From Patescibacteria group bacterium (lineage in GTDB: Bacteria; Patescibacteriota; Minisyncoccia; UBA6257; 1-14-0-10-40-38): a stretch of 64,000 nucleotides of DNA. Below, piece after piece: positions 39,501 through 48,702 of the stretch (its first letter is position 1; every line of letters begins with the position of its first letter). The stretch lies in NCBI GenBank assembly GCA_038064975.1, contig JBBTRX010000002.1:128880-192879 (forward strand). The letters are read 5' to 3'. The notes beneath the pieces were generated by a model. The model searched no databases. It saw nothing but the letters and a program-made list of their open reading frames with translations, and was not told where the DNA came from. The position numbers and the translations under genes are program-made.

Positions 39501-39545
39501 AAATTCTATTTGCCTTTTAGTGTAGCGTTTTCTATAATACTTCCA

Positions 39546-40139
39546 ATGAAAGAAAGCATCAAGGTCGCGCTAGTTATTGTAATAGTATCTGTAGGTATAG
39601 TATTTGCGGCAACGTATCTCGTTGCTAGCGAGACTTTTATGCCCCCAGAGTTCACGAGTGCGAGAATAGAAGGAGCGCGCCTTGCCGGGGAGATTGTGGC
39701 GCTTGCAGACAGTTCCCTTGCAAACCTTGAAGCGGTCTATCGTTACAATGCGAATAAAGATACGCAGGCAGCACTTGTTGTCGTTTCTCAAGAGATTTTA
39801 AAAATGAAAGAGATGCAAACTAAGGCCATTGGTCTTTCTACCGAGCTTGAAAAAATGGCCCGCTCGCTTGAACAAATCAAGCCGAATAAGGCAAAGATTC
39901 TTGCCACTGAGGCAGTAAGTTCGGAAATTGCGCTGGTAAGTCACTTAATTTCATACAACGATTATCTCTCACAGCTTTTTCACTCACTGAAAAATAGCAT
40001 AGAGGCGCCGCATCTTGGTCCCGGACAGAACATTGAAGTTCTCGTTGCTAAAATCAATGAAGAAACTGCGACTATCAACGAGCTTGATCGCCGCTTCAAT
40101 GCTACACTTGTTGAGTTTGATCAGGTCTTCAGTAATTAA
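39546..40139 (+). CDS. hypothetical membrane-anchored protein
   Basis: Start MKESIKVALVIVIVSVGIVFAATYL gives an N-terminal TM. The upstream part of the listed ORF overlaps tRNA-Gly and is not coding. Confidence 0.4.
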   Translation: MKESIKVALVIVIVSVGIVFAATYLVASETFMPPEFTSARIEGARLAGEIVALADSSLANLEAVYRYNANKDTQAALVVVSQEILKMKEMQTKAIGLSTELEKMARSLEQIKPNKAKILATEAVSSEIALVSHLISYNDYLSQLFHSLKNSIEAPHLGPGQNIEVLVAKINEETATINELDRRFNATLVEFDQVFSN

Positions 40140-40148
40140 CTTGTTTTC

Positions 40149-40222
40149 CGGAGTGTAGTATAGCGGTAGTACGCGTGCTTTGGGAGCACGTAGCCCGGGT
40201 TCGATTCCCGGCACTCCGACCA
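40149..40222 (+). tRNA. tRNA-Pro (anticodon TGG), CCA encoded
   Basis: CGGAGTGTAGTATAGCGGTAGTACGCGTGCTTTGGGAGCACGTAGCCCGGGTTCGATTCCCGGCACTCCGACCA. Acceptor stem CGGAGTG/CACTCCG and anticodon loop TTTGGGA. Confidence 0.8.
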
Positions 40223-40236
40223 ATTAAAATCTTTTC

Positions 40237-40316
40237 GGGAATAGAACGGGAAAGGGGTCGGGAAAATCGGGAGTTTTCCCGAAGCGGAAGTTATTGAACC
40301 GCTGGGTTTCAAAGAG
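40237..40316 (+). repeat. tRNA-linked about 80-nt repeat, copy 1 (after tRNA-Pro)
   Basis: GAACGGGAAAGGGGTCGGGAAAATCGGGAGTTTTCCCGAAGCGGAAGTTATTGAACCGCTGGGTTTCAAA is identical over 56 nt to the copy after tRNA-Arg. It contains hairpins TCGGGAAAA/TTTTCCCGA and AGCGG/CCGCT. Confidence 0.55.
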
Positions 40317-40339
40317 TCCGGCTCTGCCGGACGATGTGA

Positions 40340-40360
40340 GACCTCCCGGCACTCCGACAT
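40340..40360 (+). repeat. partial duplicate of tRNA-Pro 3' end (att-like remnant)
   Basis: CCTCCCGGCACTCCGACATCG matches the tRNA-Pro 3' end TTCCCGGCACTCCGACCA over 14 contiguous nt. Confidence 0.4.
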
Positions 40361-40433
40361 CGTAAGTAATCTCAGGGCTCTTTTCTTTTCTTGAACAAGA
40401 GCTGAAATAACGCTACTCTTGAAACTGTTATCT

Positions 40434-40505
40434 GTCCTCGTAGCTTAATGGATAAAGCAGGACTCTTCTAAGGTCTTGATGGGGGTTCGATTCCCTCCGA
40501 GGACA
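40434..40505 (+). tRNA. tRNA-Arg (anticodon TCT)
   Basis: GTCCTCGTAGCTTAATGGATAAAGCAGGACTCTTCTAAGGTCTTGATGGGGGTTCGATTCCCTCCGAGGACA. Anticodon loop CTTCTAA. Confidence 0.8.
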
Positions 40506-40512
40506 CAATCAA

Positions 40513-40593
40513 GGAATCGAACGGGAAAGGGGTCGGGAAAATCGGGAGTTTTCCCGAAGCGGAAGTTATTGAAACCGCTGGGTTTCAAAAGGA
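40513..40593 (+). repeat. tRNA-linked about 80-nt repeat, copy 2 (after tRNA-Arg)
   Basis: Near-identical to the 40237-40316 copy. Confidence 0.55.
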
Positions 40594-40651
40594 GCAAAGC
40601 GCCGCGTGAGCTTCTCTCCGAGGAAACAACGATTAAAATCTCACCTCTATT

Positions 40652-41266
40652 ATGCATAAGAAACAAAACATAACGAAAAAATATTACGAAAAGAACGCCT
40701 TGCGTTGGGCGGAAGTCAAAACAAATTCTTTTGTTCATGAAAAGCAATTTAAGGAATTTATTAAATATCTTCCCAATGAGGGCAATGTTTTAGATATCGG
40801 CTGTGCTTATGGCATTCATATCCCTCTTTTTCTCGGCATTGGCAGAAAACTCAAATATGAAGGTATGGATATAACTCAGGCAATGCTTAAACTCGCTCGT
40901 TCTCGGTATCCACAGCTATCATTTCAATACGGCGACATAGCCGATAGTAAAACCCTTCCTCATAAGAAATATGATGGATTCTGGGCTGCGTCGGTATTAA
41001 TGCATGTCCCGCTTGAATTATGGAGTGATATGTTTGGGAATCTTGAATCAATTACTAAAAAAGGCGGCATTGGATATTTCAATGTTCCGCTTATTCATCC
41101 TAATCTTTCTCCGGAAGAAGACGTACGGCATTTTACTATTCTTAGTAAAAAGAAAATTCAAGAATTACTAGCAGAACGAGGATGGAATATCTTAAAATCA
41201 GGAATGATGGATGGATTCTCAAAGAAAAATACATGGATTTGGTTCATCGTTCGGCTGCCTAAGTAG
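40652..41266 (+). CDS. class I SAM-dependent methyltransferase
   Basis: Motif I VLDIGCAYG and motif post I/II (YGDIAD). 204 aa. Confidence 0.6.
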   Translation: MHKKQNITKKYYEKNALRWAEVKTNSFVHEKQFKEFIKYLPNEGNVLDIGCAYGIHIPLFLGIGRKLKYEGMDITQAMLKLARSRYPQLSFQYGDIADSKTLPHKKYDGFWAASVLMHVPLELWSDMFGNLESITKKGGIGYFNVPLIHPNLSPEEDVRHFTILSKKKIQELLAERGWNILKSGMMDGFSKKNTWIWFIVRLPK

Positions 41267-41297
41267 CTCGGTATTTTCGTTTTCTTCATAACTAAAA

Positions 41298-41326
41298 TCC
41301 GCTCTTTCGAGCGGATTTTGATTCTT
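41298..41326. terminator. bidirectional Rho-independent terminator between methyltransferase and nrdJ
   Basis: Hairpin aaaatccgctc-tttcg-agcggatttt, flanked by T/A runs on both sides. Confidence 0.45.
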
Positions 41327-41378
41327 GGTTGTTAGTTATCAGTTTTGTACATTATTTATTGCACATTGTTAATTACCG

Positions 41379-43856
41379 TTACGTACACCTCGAGAACCCG
41401 CAGGAGCGGCAGGAAAGGCACCCCTCGCCGAGCGTAAGCTGGTTTCCACAGTCGGGACATCCTGGCATAAGCCCATAGTCTGCAATCGCCATTTTTGCTG
41501 CTGGTGCAGGTGCTATCGTTTCTTTCTTTTCTACCTGTTTTTGAGCAACAGGGACAAAGTCCTTGATCCCCTCTTCATAAGAGAACGTTCCCTGAATGTG
41601 TTCTTCGATAAGCTTGCCGATTGCGTCAGGTAGTGAGAGTACTGTACCTTTACTCGTCATAACAGGCATTGGCCCGCGAATACCCTTCAATTGCTCAATA
41701 ATGCTCTCCACTTTAATACTTGATCGAAGCGCGAGAGAAATCATTCTGCAGATTGCTTCACTCTGTTCTTGGAAGAATCCTCCGCTTTTGCCAATCGTTG
41801 CGAAGACTTCAAATGGTGCGCCGTGCTCATCGTCATTGATCGTGATATAGAGATTTCCATATCCGGTCTTGATTTGATACGTTCGTCCCACAAGAGATGC
41901 TGGCCGTTTCTTTGGTTCTAAACGATTTTCATCAATGCGAAGTTCCTGTAACGGTGCGTCTATTTTTTTTGTGCTTTCTACGCGCCCCTTACCGGATCCC
42001 AATTCGCTTGGCGCTTGTAGTCCCTCTCCGGTTCCCAAATTCAAAATCTGAATGTTGCGTGATCCATCACGGTACACCGTTGCGCTCTTGCACTTTAATT
42101 TCCACGCCATAATATAACCGTTCAATACGTCTTCTTTCGTTGCGCTGTTCGGGAAGTTGATGGTCTTGGAAATTGAATTGTCTACATGCTTTTGGAATGC
42201 CGCTTGCATGCGCATGTGATCTTCCGCGGAGAGATCCATGGATACGATAAAGATTTTTTTCAAATCTTCTGGGATATCTTGAATGCTCTGAATGCTTCCA
42301 CTGCGGATAATTTCATCTTTGATAGATTGAATTTTTTCTTTGGAATATTTCTGGCGAGAAAGTTCAGCTTCGAAATAAGGATTGAAGTAGTGATACTGGA
42401 GTCCGTCCTTATCTTGTTTAACGTATGAAAGCGCAAAGTTCGGTTCAATGCCGGATGAGCAGTCGTACATCATAGAGATGGATCCGGTTGGCGCTACGGT
42501 TGTAAGCGCAGCGTTGCGGTGGGCATCTTTTTTCTTGCCATATTTCTTTCCATAGATACTCTCTTCAATGTTCGGAAAGGATCCTTTTTGAACTGCAAGT
42601 TCTCGAGAAGCTTTATGTGCGGCTTCATTGATAGTTTTCATAACACGCTCCCCCATCTTTCTTCCTTCTTCGGAATTATACGCAATGCCAAGTTGAAAGA
42701 GCATATCGGCAAAGCCCATGATTCCAAGCCCAATGCGGCGATTTTTTTGAGCAAGGTCCGTAACGGCCTGGACAGGGAAATCAAAGAGATCAATAACGTT
42801 GTCCATAAGGCGCGTTGCGGTGCGCGTTACGTGGCGGAGGCGGTTCCAATCCATAACTCCGTCATTCACGAACACGGCAAGGTTAATGGAGCCCAAGTTG
42901 CAATTGTCGTAGTGATGAAGGAATTGCTCTCCGCATGGATTGGAGCAATCAATAGCGCCAAGTCCCGGAAGCGGATTTGTTCGATTAACTTCGTCAATAA
43001 AGACGATGCCCGGTTCACCGTTCAACCACGCGTAATTTACAATCTCGTCAAAAAGTTCTTTTACCGTGAGCGTGACTTCTTCAACGCCGATGACACTTCC
43101 GTTATTCGCGCGAAGTACTTTGTGCGGCTTTGTCTTTTTTCCGTTCCATTCGCAATACCACTGCGTGTCTGGTTTCTCCACGAGCTGGCGCATAAATGAA
43201 TCAGTGACTTTCACTGAAATATTGAAATTGCGAATTTCTCCTTCAACTTCTTTTGATCGGATGAAATCCAAAACATCGGGATGATCAATTTGCATCATTG
43301 CCATGTTTGCTCCGTGGCGTCCTTGTTGTTTAATGACGCTAAATGCTTCGTTGTAAACCTTTAAAAAAGAAACTGGTCCCGACGCAACGCCATTAGATTT
43401 TTTTGTTGGCGTAAATGCTGGGCGAAGATGCGAAAAATCAAAACCCAATCCTGATCCTGCTTGTTGAAGCAATGATGCATCCTTCAGTGTAGTGAAAATA
43501 CTCTCCATAGAGTCCATGACGGGGAGCACGATGCAGTTTGCGATGAGCGGTGTAGCGCCGCCGGCGTTCGTAAGCGTGCGTCCTGCAGGCGTATATTCTT
43601 TGCGTCCCATGATTTCAAAGAATTCACGTTCGTATTTTGTGATTTCGGCTTTGTTCGCGCCGTAATTTTTTTCTACATGAGCAAGCGTGCTTGCTACACG
43701 GCGAAACATGTCCGCAGGAGTCTCTTGTGATCCGTCTGCGCGCTTTGCTAAGTAGCGCTTACGCATCATTTTGATCGCGTTCTCGGAAAAATTTGAATTT
43801 ACTTTTGCATCTGCTGACCGAGTTGCTGCTTTTGTTGAACGCGCCTGTTTCGCCAT
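41379..43856 (-). CDS. nrdJ: adenosylcobalamin-dependent (class II) ribonucleoside-diphosphate/triphosphate reductase NrdJ
   Basis: 826 aa from MAKQARSTK. It has conserved class II RNR blocks (NPCGEQFL active-site Cys; TVAPTGSIS) and a C-terminal CxxC...CxxC tail. The listed ORF extension to 44258 is untranslated leader. Confidence 0.85.
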   Translation of the reverse strand: MAKQARSTKAATRSADAKVNSNFSENAIKMMRKRYLAKRADGSQETPADMFRRVASTLAHVEKNYGANKAEITKYEREFFEIMGRKEYTPAGRTLTNAGGATPLIANCIVLPVMDSMESIFTTLKDASLLQQAGSGLGFDFSHLRPAFTPTKKSNGVASGPVSFLKVYNEAFSVIKQQGRHGANMAMMQIDHPDVLDFIRSKEVEGEIRNFNISVKVTDSFMRQLVEKPDTQWYCEWNGKKTKPHKVLRANNGSVIGVEEVTLTVKELFDEIVNYAWLNGEPGIVFIDEVNRTNPLPGLGAIDCSNPCGEQFLHHYDNCNLGSINLAVFVNDGVMDWNRLRHVTRTATRLMDNVIDLFDFPVQAVTDLAQKNRRIGLGIMGFADMLFQLGIAYNSEEGRKMGERVMKTINEAAHKASRELAVQKGSFPNIEESIYGKKYGKKKDAHRNAALTTVAPTGSISMMYDCSSGIEPNFALSYVKQDKDGLQYHYFNPYFEAELSRQKYSKEKIQSIKDEIIRSGSIQSIQDIPEDLKKIFIVSMDLSAEDHMRMQAAFQKHVDNSISKTINFPNSATKEDVLNGYIMAWKLKCKSATVYRDGSRNIQILNLGTGEGLQAPSELGSGKGRVESTKKIDAPLQELRIDENRLEPKKRPASLVGRTYQIKTGYGNLYITINDDEHGAPFEVFATIGKSGGFFQEQSEAICRMISLALRSSIKVESIIEQLKGIRGPMPVMTSKGTVLSLPDAIGKLIEEHIQGTFSYEEGIKDFVPVAQKQVEKKETIAPAPAAKMAIADYGLMPGCPDCGNQLTLGEGCLSCRSCGFSRCT

Positions 43857-44095
43857 GGGGTTAATAATGATTGAGGTTGATATTCGCCGAGACCTTTTTG
43901 TTGTTCTCCCATTGTACTCCTCCCAATCACTATCTGCATTGTGCATAACCTGTAGAAAAGTGAAAAAATTGACCTTTAAAATTTCTGTGTTGTATGGAGG
44001 TTCTTTTTTAAAGAAAAAACACGGACTTATGTGCATATTTTGATACTTTCTCTTGAATTTAATACATAAATTCGCTATGCTTTCCCTTACGATAA

Positions 44096-44115
44096 GCCGC
44101 GGTAGCTCAATGGTA
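44096..44115 (+). repeat. duplicate of tRNA-Phe 5' 20 nt (GCCGCGGTAGCTCAATGGTA)
   Basis: Exact 20-nt match to positions 1-20 of tRNA-Phe at 44411, located about 50 nt upstream of the GIY-YIG ORF. Confidence 0.55.
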
Positions 44116-44171
44116 CCTGCCCGACTGAACGAGGTCAGTCGTTCGGGCGGGGAGCGTCCCTTTTGCTGAAT

Positions 44172-44420
44172 ATGTATACTGTCTACGTACTTCAGGATAA
44201 AAATGATAAAATCTACAAGGGATTTACTAATAATCTTGCGCGTCGCTTGAAAGAGCATCGATCTGGAATGTCTCGAACGACCTCAAGAATGGAAGAGTTG
44301 GTGGTGGTTTATACGGAAACGTATAAGACGCTTGCTGAAGCGAGAAAAAGAGAACTCTATTTGAAATCAGCAGCTGGAAGAAGATTTCTAAAAAATAAGA
44401 TAGCAATAATGCCGCGGTAG
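44172..44420 (+). CDS. GIY-YIG nuclease family small protein
   Basis: YTVYVLQDKNDKIYKGFTNNLARRLKEHRSG is a canonical GIY-YIG motif. About 82 aa. The stop codon lies inside the 5' end of tRNA-Phe. Confidence 0.65.
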   Translation: MYTVYVLQDKNDKIYKGFTNNLARRLKEHRSGMSRTTSRMEELVVVYTETYKTLAEARKRELYLKSAAGRRFLKNKIAIMPR

Positions 44421-44482
44421 CTCAATGGTAGAGCGTCCGCCTGAAGAGCGGTAGGTTGTCAGTTCGATTCTGACCCGCGGCA
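44411..44482 (+). tRNA. tRNA-Phe (anticodon GAA)
   Basis: GCCGCGGTAGCTCAATGGTAGAGCGTCCGCCTGAAGAGCGGTAGGTTGTCAGTTCGATTCTGACCCGCGGCA. Anticodon loop CTGAAGA. Confidence 0.8.
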
Positions 44483-44554
44483 CAAGAGAAATGGACGAAA
44501 AAAATGACCTGTATTTCTCTTATGCGTGAGTTACTATATAGTAAGCAGATTTAT

Positions 44555-44629
44555 GGTGCCTGTAGCTTAATGGTAAAGCTCCGCTCTGTGGCAGCGGCGA
44601 CGTGGGTCCGATTCCCATCAGGCACCCCA
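44555..44629 (+). tRNA. tRNA-His (anticodon GTG) with G-1 and encoded CCA
   Basis: GGTGCCTGTAGCTTAATGGTAAAGCTCCGCTCTGTGGCAGCGGCGACGTGGGTCCGATTCCCATCAGGCACCCCA. Acceptor stem GTGCCTG/CAGGCAC with an extra 5' G. Confidence 0.8.
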
Positions 44630-46096
44630 TTTGTGAGTTTCGTGCGCTTTTATGATCCCAGCGAACACAGGTTTCATTGTAAATACTGGCGTTCTCGCAT
44701 TTAGTACCGAGTTCTGAAGTACGAAATTCAAAAATACTCGTTTTTCCTGCGGTTCAGAACTTTCGAAGATTTCAAAAGCGCGCTTACAAATATCAAGCAA
44801 TCTGCTCGCTGTAAGGTGATATTCCTTATCTGCTGAGCTATGTTCTTGCATCTGCTGTAATAAATCTGCCTGTTTCGCTTTATACTCTTTCAATTTCTTG
44901 TCGTACATTTCGGGAGTAATACTGCCATCGTACTTGTCATCAGTCATTTTGCTGATCCGGCTCTCTATGCGGTCATACTCCGTTTTAAGACCGTCCATCG
45001 CGTTACTGTGAAATTCTTGCTCGGCTTCAGTGCTTACGCGTAAGCCACTTACTACGTAGTCAATTCCCTCTTTCGGCAGTCTAAGCTTCTTTATATGGGC
45101 GTAAATGGGCTTTAATAGTTCTTCTTCGGGTACATAGAGTTTTTGGCACTTACCTCGGTAGTTGGTGCAGTGATAGTAGATATACTTACCCTTGCTGATT
45201 TCTGGTGTAATAGTGCAACCGCATACGCCGCATGTCATAAGCCCTCGGAAAATGAAGGGCTTAGCGGCATGCTGAAACGGCTTCTTATTCCAGCTCTCAC
45301 AAACTTTTTGACATTTCAAGAAGAGACTCATCGAAATAAGTGACTCATAATGGTGCGGGTACTGTTTACCTTTCACATCCATCACGCCGTAGTAGAATCG
45401 AGTTTTGAGGATCATGGCGAGTCTACTCATGGCAATCGGGTTGCCATTCCTACTCCCTTTAAATCCTTCTTCTCTCATTCGCTTTGATAGCGTGATTAGC
45501 GAAAAGTTGCCGGTTGAATAGAGTTCGAAAGCTTTAATAACAAATGGTGCTGTTTTTGGATCAACTTCAATCGCTGATTTGTTCTCACTGGTTCTCGTGT
45601 TCAAGTATCCAATCGGGGCTTTAGCAATCCATTCGCCGTTTTTTAATTTCTGTTCATTGCTACGTTTCACGTTGTCGCTCAATTGCAAAACATAGCTGCG
45701 AGCAAACATAACGGCCATATCCCATTGCAAAAGCTGTGAGCTGTTGGCACTTGCCGTTAAAACCAAATTTTCTCGCACAAAGTGAATTTCGATTTTGCCT
45801 TGTTTTCGTAAATCATCTAAAACCACGCTTTCTTTAAAACTTCTTTGAAGGCGATCTACAGTTTCAACCACAAGGGCAATCGGTTCGCCGAATTTTGATT
45901 GCTTAATAACATCTAGGACTGCTTCAAATTTCTTTCGGCTATCCGTTGTCGAACTTTCTGCTATCTCAAAGACTTTCCAAAAATCGAGTTCTCTTTTCTC
46001 GACATATTCGGTAAGTCGCCTTGTTTGCGCTGATATGGATTGGCCCTCTTCGGCTTGTTCCTTTGTTGAAACTCTGGAAAGAATTATCGCCTTCAT
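44618..46096 (-). CDS. large serine recombinase (resolvase/invertase N-terminal domain plus recombinase and zinc-ribbon domains)
   Basis: N-terminal catalytic ILSRVSTKEQ (Ser nucleophile), a central recombinase domain and a C-terminal Cys cluster (CGVCGC...HC). 492 aa. Confidence 0.8.
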   Translation of the reverse strand: MKAIILSRVSTKEQAEEGQSISAQTRRLTEYVEKRELDFWKVFEIAESSTTDSRKKFEAVLDVIKQSKFGEPIALVVETVDRLQRSFKESVVLDDLRKQGKIEIHFVRENLVLTASANSSQLLQWDMAVMFARSYVLQLSDNVKRSNEQKLKNGEWIAKAPIGYLNTRTSENKSAIEVDPKTAPFVIKAFELYSTGNFSLITLSKRMREEGFKGSRNGNPIAMSRLAMILKTRFYYGVMDVKGKQYPHHYESLISMSLFLKCQKVCESWNKKPFQHAAKPFIFRGLMTCGVCGCTITPEISKGKYIYYHCTNYRGKCQKLYVPEEELLKPIYAHIKKLRLPKEGIDYVVSGLRVSTEAEQEFHSNAMDGLKTEYDRIESRISKMTDDKYDGSITPEMYDKKLKEYKAKQADLLQQMQEHSSADKEYHLTASRLLDICKRAFEIFESSEPQEKRVFLNFVLQNSVLNARTPVFTMKPVFAGIIKAHETHKWGA

Positions 46097-48702
46097 ATTT
46101 TCAATTTTTCTCTAAAGACCTTATCAAATTCCTGCTTAGTGGTTGCTTCGTTATAAAACGGAAGCCCAATAAGTTTTAGCCTACCTCTCTCAAATAAGGT
46201 TCTAATCTCAAATTCCGATTCTATTTCCTTTAGAAAATCTTCTTTCCATTTATCCTCAATCAACCCTCTATTGCCTTTTGGTTCGACAAAGAGCTGGTAT
46301 GACAAGGCCTTCTTGCCACCCTTTTCTTTTAGAAACAGGACAAAATCCGGCTCGATTGCTTGCCCATCGCTAAAACGATAGATTTTAAACAGACGTTCGT
46401 TCCTCAATAAATAAACATCTCGGTATTTTTTGCGTAATTCATCCATAGCCTGTCGTACGAACTGGATCAAATACTTTTCTTCAGAAGTCCCATAATTTTC
46501 GTCATACATGTACCAGTCTTGCGTGCTCAAATCGAGCCTCAACTCATCATTCAAGGTTTCGCTCATTGCCTTACCAAATTCAGCATCCTCACCTCTTATT
46601 AAGAATTCTAAAGTTTTTGTTTTGGCTAATATCTTAACTTTTTCGCCATGAAATTCTTTAGTTCCAATATATTCTTTATTACCTGCCTGAATTTTTTCTG
46701 CTAGCTCCTTCAAGACGTTTAGGGCAATATCAAATTTGTCGTAATTAGTTAGAGCATCCAGTCTACCGTTTTTTGCATACACTTCAATTTCAACTAATCC
46801 AGTAAAGTCTTTTGACGTAATAAATTCATCAATGGATTTCAAGTTTGGGAAAAAGAAACGCAAACTTACAAAACGATAAAAATCAATCTTATCTGCGGCT
46901 TTTCTTAAAATATGTTTTTCAATGTTATTTAGTTTGATCGTTTTCTTCTTAAGTTCCTCGGTTATGAGTGAGTCGGATTGATCGTCAAAAACACCGGATT
47001 CGGAAGATTGCCCACTTTTTATTTTATGCTTAAAAAGCGTATCTTGAATTATATCTTTTAAATTCTTTACGCTGGAATAATCTTTTTTTATCTGTTTATT
47101 AAGAAAAATTAGGCCGTCATTCCAAAAAGGTGTTTTAGTAATGTCATTCTTTATGGAAACAGTCTTATTTATTCGATTGTCCGGCGTAATACCAATGTTA
47201 ACTAATTCATTCCGCAATTCGGCAATGTATCGAGAATCGGTCAGGCTGTGATAATGTAACTCTTCTAAGACTCGCAATTCACTATTTAAATCCTTGTCAT
47301 ATTTACGTTTGTCTTTCTCTTCTTGAGCCTCCGTTGAAAACGGGAAATATCTTGCGCCTCGGCCTATGAGTTGTGCTTCAGATATGGTTATACTTCCGGC
47401 CTTACCGTATTTAGCGTCCCTTGTTTCGTAAAGTCGTACGATGTCAAACAAATTCAAAACATCCCAACCCTCGTTGAGCATATTCGTTGTAAAAATAGCT
47501 CTGGTTTCGTTGTTGTAGTCTTCTAAGGTATTTACCGTGATCTGTTTTGCTTCGCTGTCGGCTTTGCTGTTTATGATTAAGCATTTTTCCTTAGCAAAAT
47601 CTTCCTGAATTTCTTTTATTAAATGTGTTGGACTAATTTTGTTGGCTTTAAAAAAATCAACGGCTTGTTTCATTATTCCTCCTACATTACTTCTCTGTAT
47701 TCTAACCATATCTTCGGAATTTAAACCCTTGATCATCTTGTAAAATTCCTGTTCAAATTCTTCAGAATCCTTTATTTGTCTAGACTTGAACAAGATCACC
47801 GGCTTGAGCTGAATTTTGTATTTCTCGGCCACTTTGCGGCGATACTGGCTCAATATCACGGCCTGCAAAGCCCTGCTTCGTACTTCTAAATCAGATTGTA
47901 GCAACTGCACATCTTTAGAGTAACCATCCTCCCTAAAGCTTTTTAAAGCATATTGATAGATGATTTTATCGGCATATTTTTTAGCTACGGCCGGATGGCT
48001 AAGCTCGATGGTCGCCGTATATTCGAGTAGTATATTTTGGCTATTAGCTTTGAAAATTCTATCTACTGTTCTTTCCCAGCTAGTCGCTTCTTCTTGTTCT
48101 TCTTTATCTAATTTTGACTTTGTTAGAGTATTTATATGGTGCGCCTCATCCGATAAAAAAACTACTTTCAGATTTTTGAAATCTTCATATGTGATTGAAT
48201 TTTCCTGCGGTGTATTTAATTTACTGTGCAAGCCTTGAATAGTCGTAAAAAGTATATTTATGTTGTCTGTGTTTGTGGCTTCAAAATTCTCAACGTCCTT
48301 AATCTCAATTTCTCTATCGTAAAAAGTAATTTTTTCAGCAAAAAGATATTTACTAGAGGCCTTATCCAAAAAATTACTTTTGGTTTTTTGTATTATATTC
48401 GTACTGTTCACAAAAAAGATAAAATTTCGATAACCTATGGAATATGAATATAAAATGTCAGCTGCCATTAAAAGGGTTTTGCCGCTACCAGTTGCCATAT
48501 GAAAAAGCAGATGAGCTGGAGCTTTCCGGCCTTCATAGGTAGCTAAATAATACCGAAAACGGGCTATAGCTTCTTTTTGATATTCCCGTATGGAGAATTT
48601 CGGATTCAGATTCTTTGAAACAAAATCAGGCACGTCTTTCGCAATGACCTTTTGTTTGGAAAGAATATTTAACTCATCTACTAGCTTGATACTAGTTTCC
48701 AT
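46093..48702 (-). CDS. res: Type III restriction enzyme Res subunit (SF2 helicase-nuclease)
   Basis: Helicase motif I MATGSGKT and motif II LSDEAHH. 869 aa, immediately downstream of the DPPY methyltransferase, overlapping it by 11 nt. Confidence 0.75.
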   Translation of the reverse strand: METSIKLVDELNILSKQKVIAKDVPDFVSKNLNPKFSIREYQKEAIARFRYYLATYEGRKAPAHLLFHMATGSGKTLLMAADILYSYSIGYRNFIFFVNSTNIIQKTKSNFLDKASSKYLFAEKITFYDREIEIKDVENFEATNTDNINILFTTIQGLHSKLNTPQENSITYEDFKNLKVVFLSDEAHHINTLTKSKLDKEEQEEATSWERTVDRIFKANSQNILLEYTATIELSHPAVAKKYADKIIYQYALKSFREDGYSKDVQLLQSDLEVRSRALQAVILSQYRRKVAEKYKIQLKPVILFKSRQIKDSEEFEQEFYKMIKGLNSEDMVRIQRSNVGGIMKQAVDFFKANKISPTHLIKEIQEDFAKEKCLIINSKADSEAKQITVNTLEDYNNETRAIFTTNMLNEGWDVLNLFDIVRLYETRDAKYGKAGSITISEAQLIGRGARYFPFSTEAQEEKDKRKYDKDLNSELRVLEELHYHSLTDSRYIAELRNELVNIGITPDNRINKTVSIKNDITKTPFWNDGLIFLNKQIKKDYSSVKNLKDIIQDTLFKHKIKSGQSSESGVFDDQSDSLITEELKKKTIKLNNIEKHILRKAADKIDFYRFVSLRFFFPNLKSIDEFITSKDFTGLVEIEVYAKNGRLDALTNYDKFDIALNVLKELAEKIQAGNKEYIGTKEFHGEKVKILAKTKTLEFLIRGEDAEFGKAMSETLNDELRLDLSTQDWYMYDENYGTSEEKYLIQFVRQAMDELRKKYRDVYLLRNERLFKIYRFSDGQAIEPDFVLFLKEKGGKKALSYQLFVEPKGNRGLIEDKWKEDFLKEIESEFEIRTLFERGRLKLIGLPFYNEATTKQEFDKVFREKLKI

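Noticed and set aside
39360-39545. N-terminal 62 codons of the listed 259-aa ORF
   Set aside because: This stretch covers tRNA-Gly on the opposite strand. The real protein most likely starts at MKESIK (39546).
40476-40673. 65-aa ORF across the tRNA-Arg region and the 80-nt repeat
   Set aside because: It overlaps a clear tRNA gene and the repeat, so it is a spurious frame.
43857-44258. Upstream 134 codons of the listed 959-aa nrdJ ORF
   Set aside because: The frame is open by chance. The conserved RNR N-terminus begins at MAKQARSTK (43856). The region is AT-rich and motif-free, and it overlaps the GIY-YIG ORF and tRNA-Phe fragment on the other strand.
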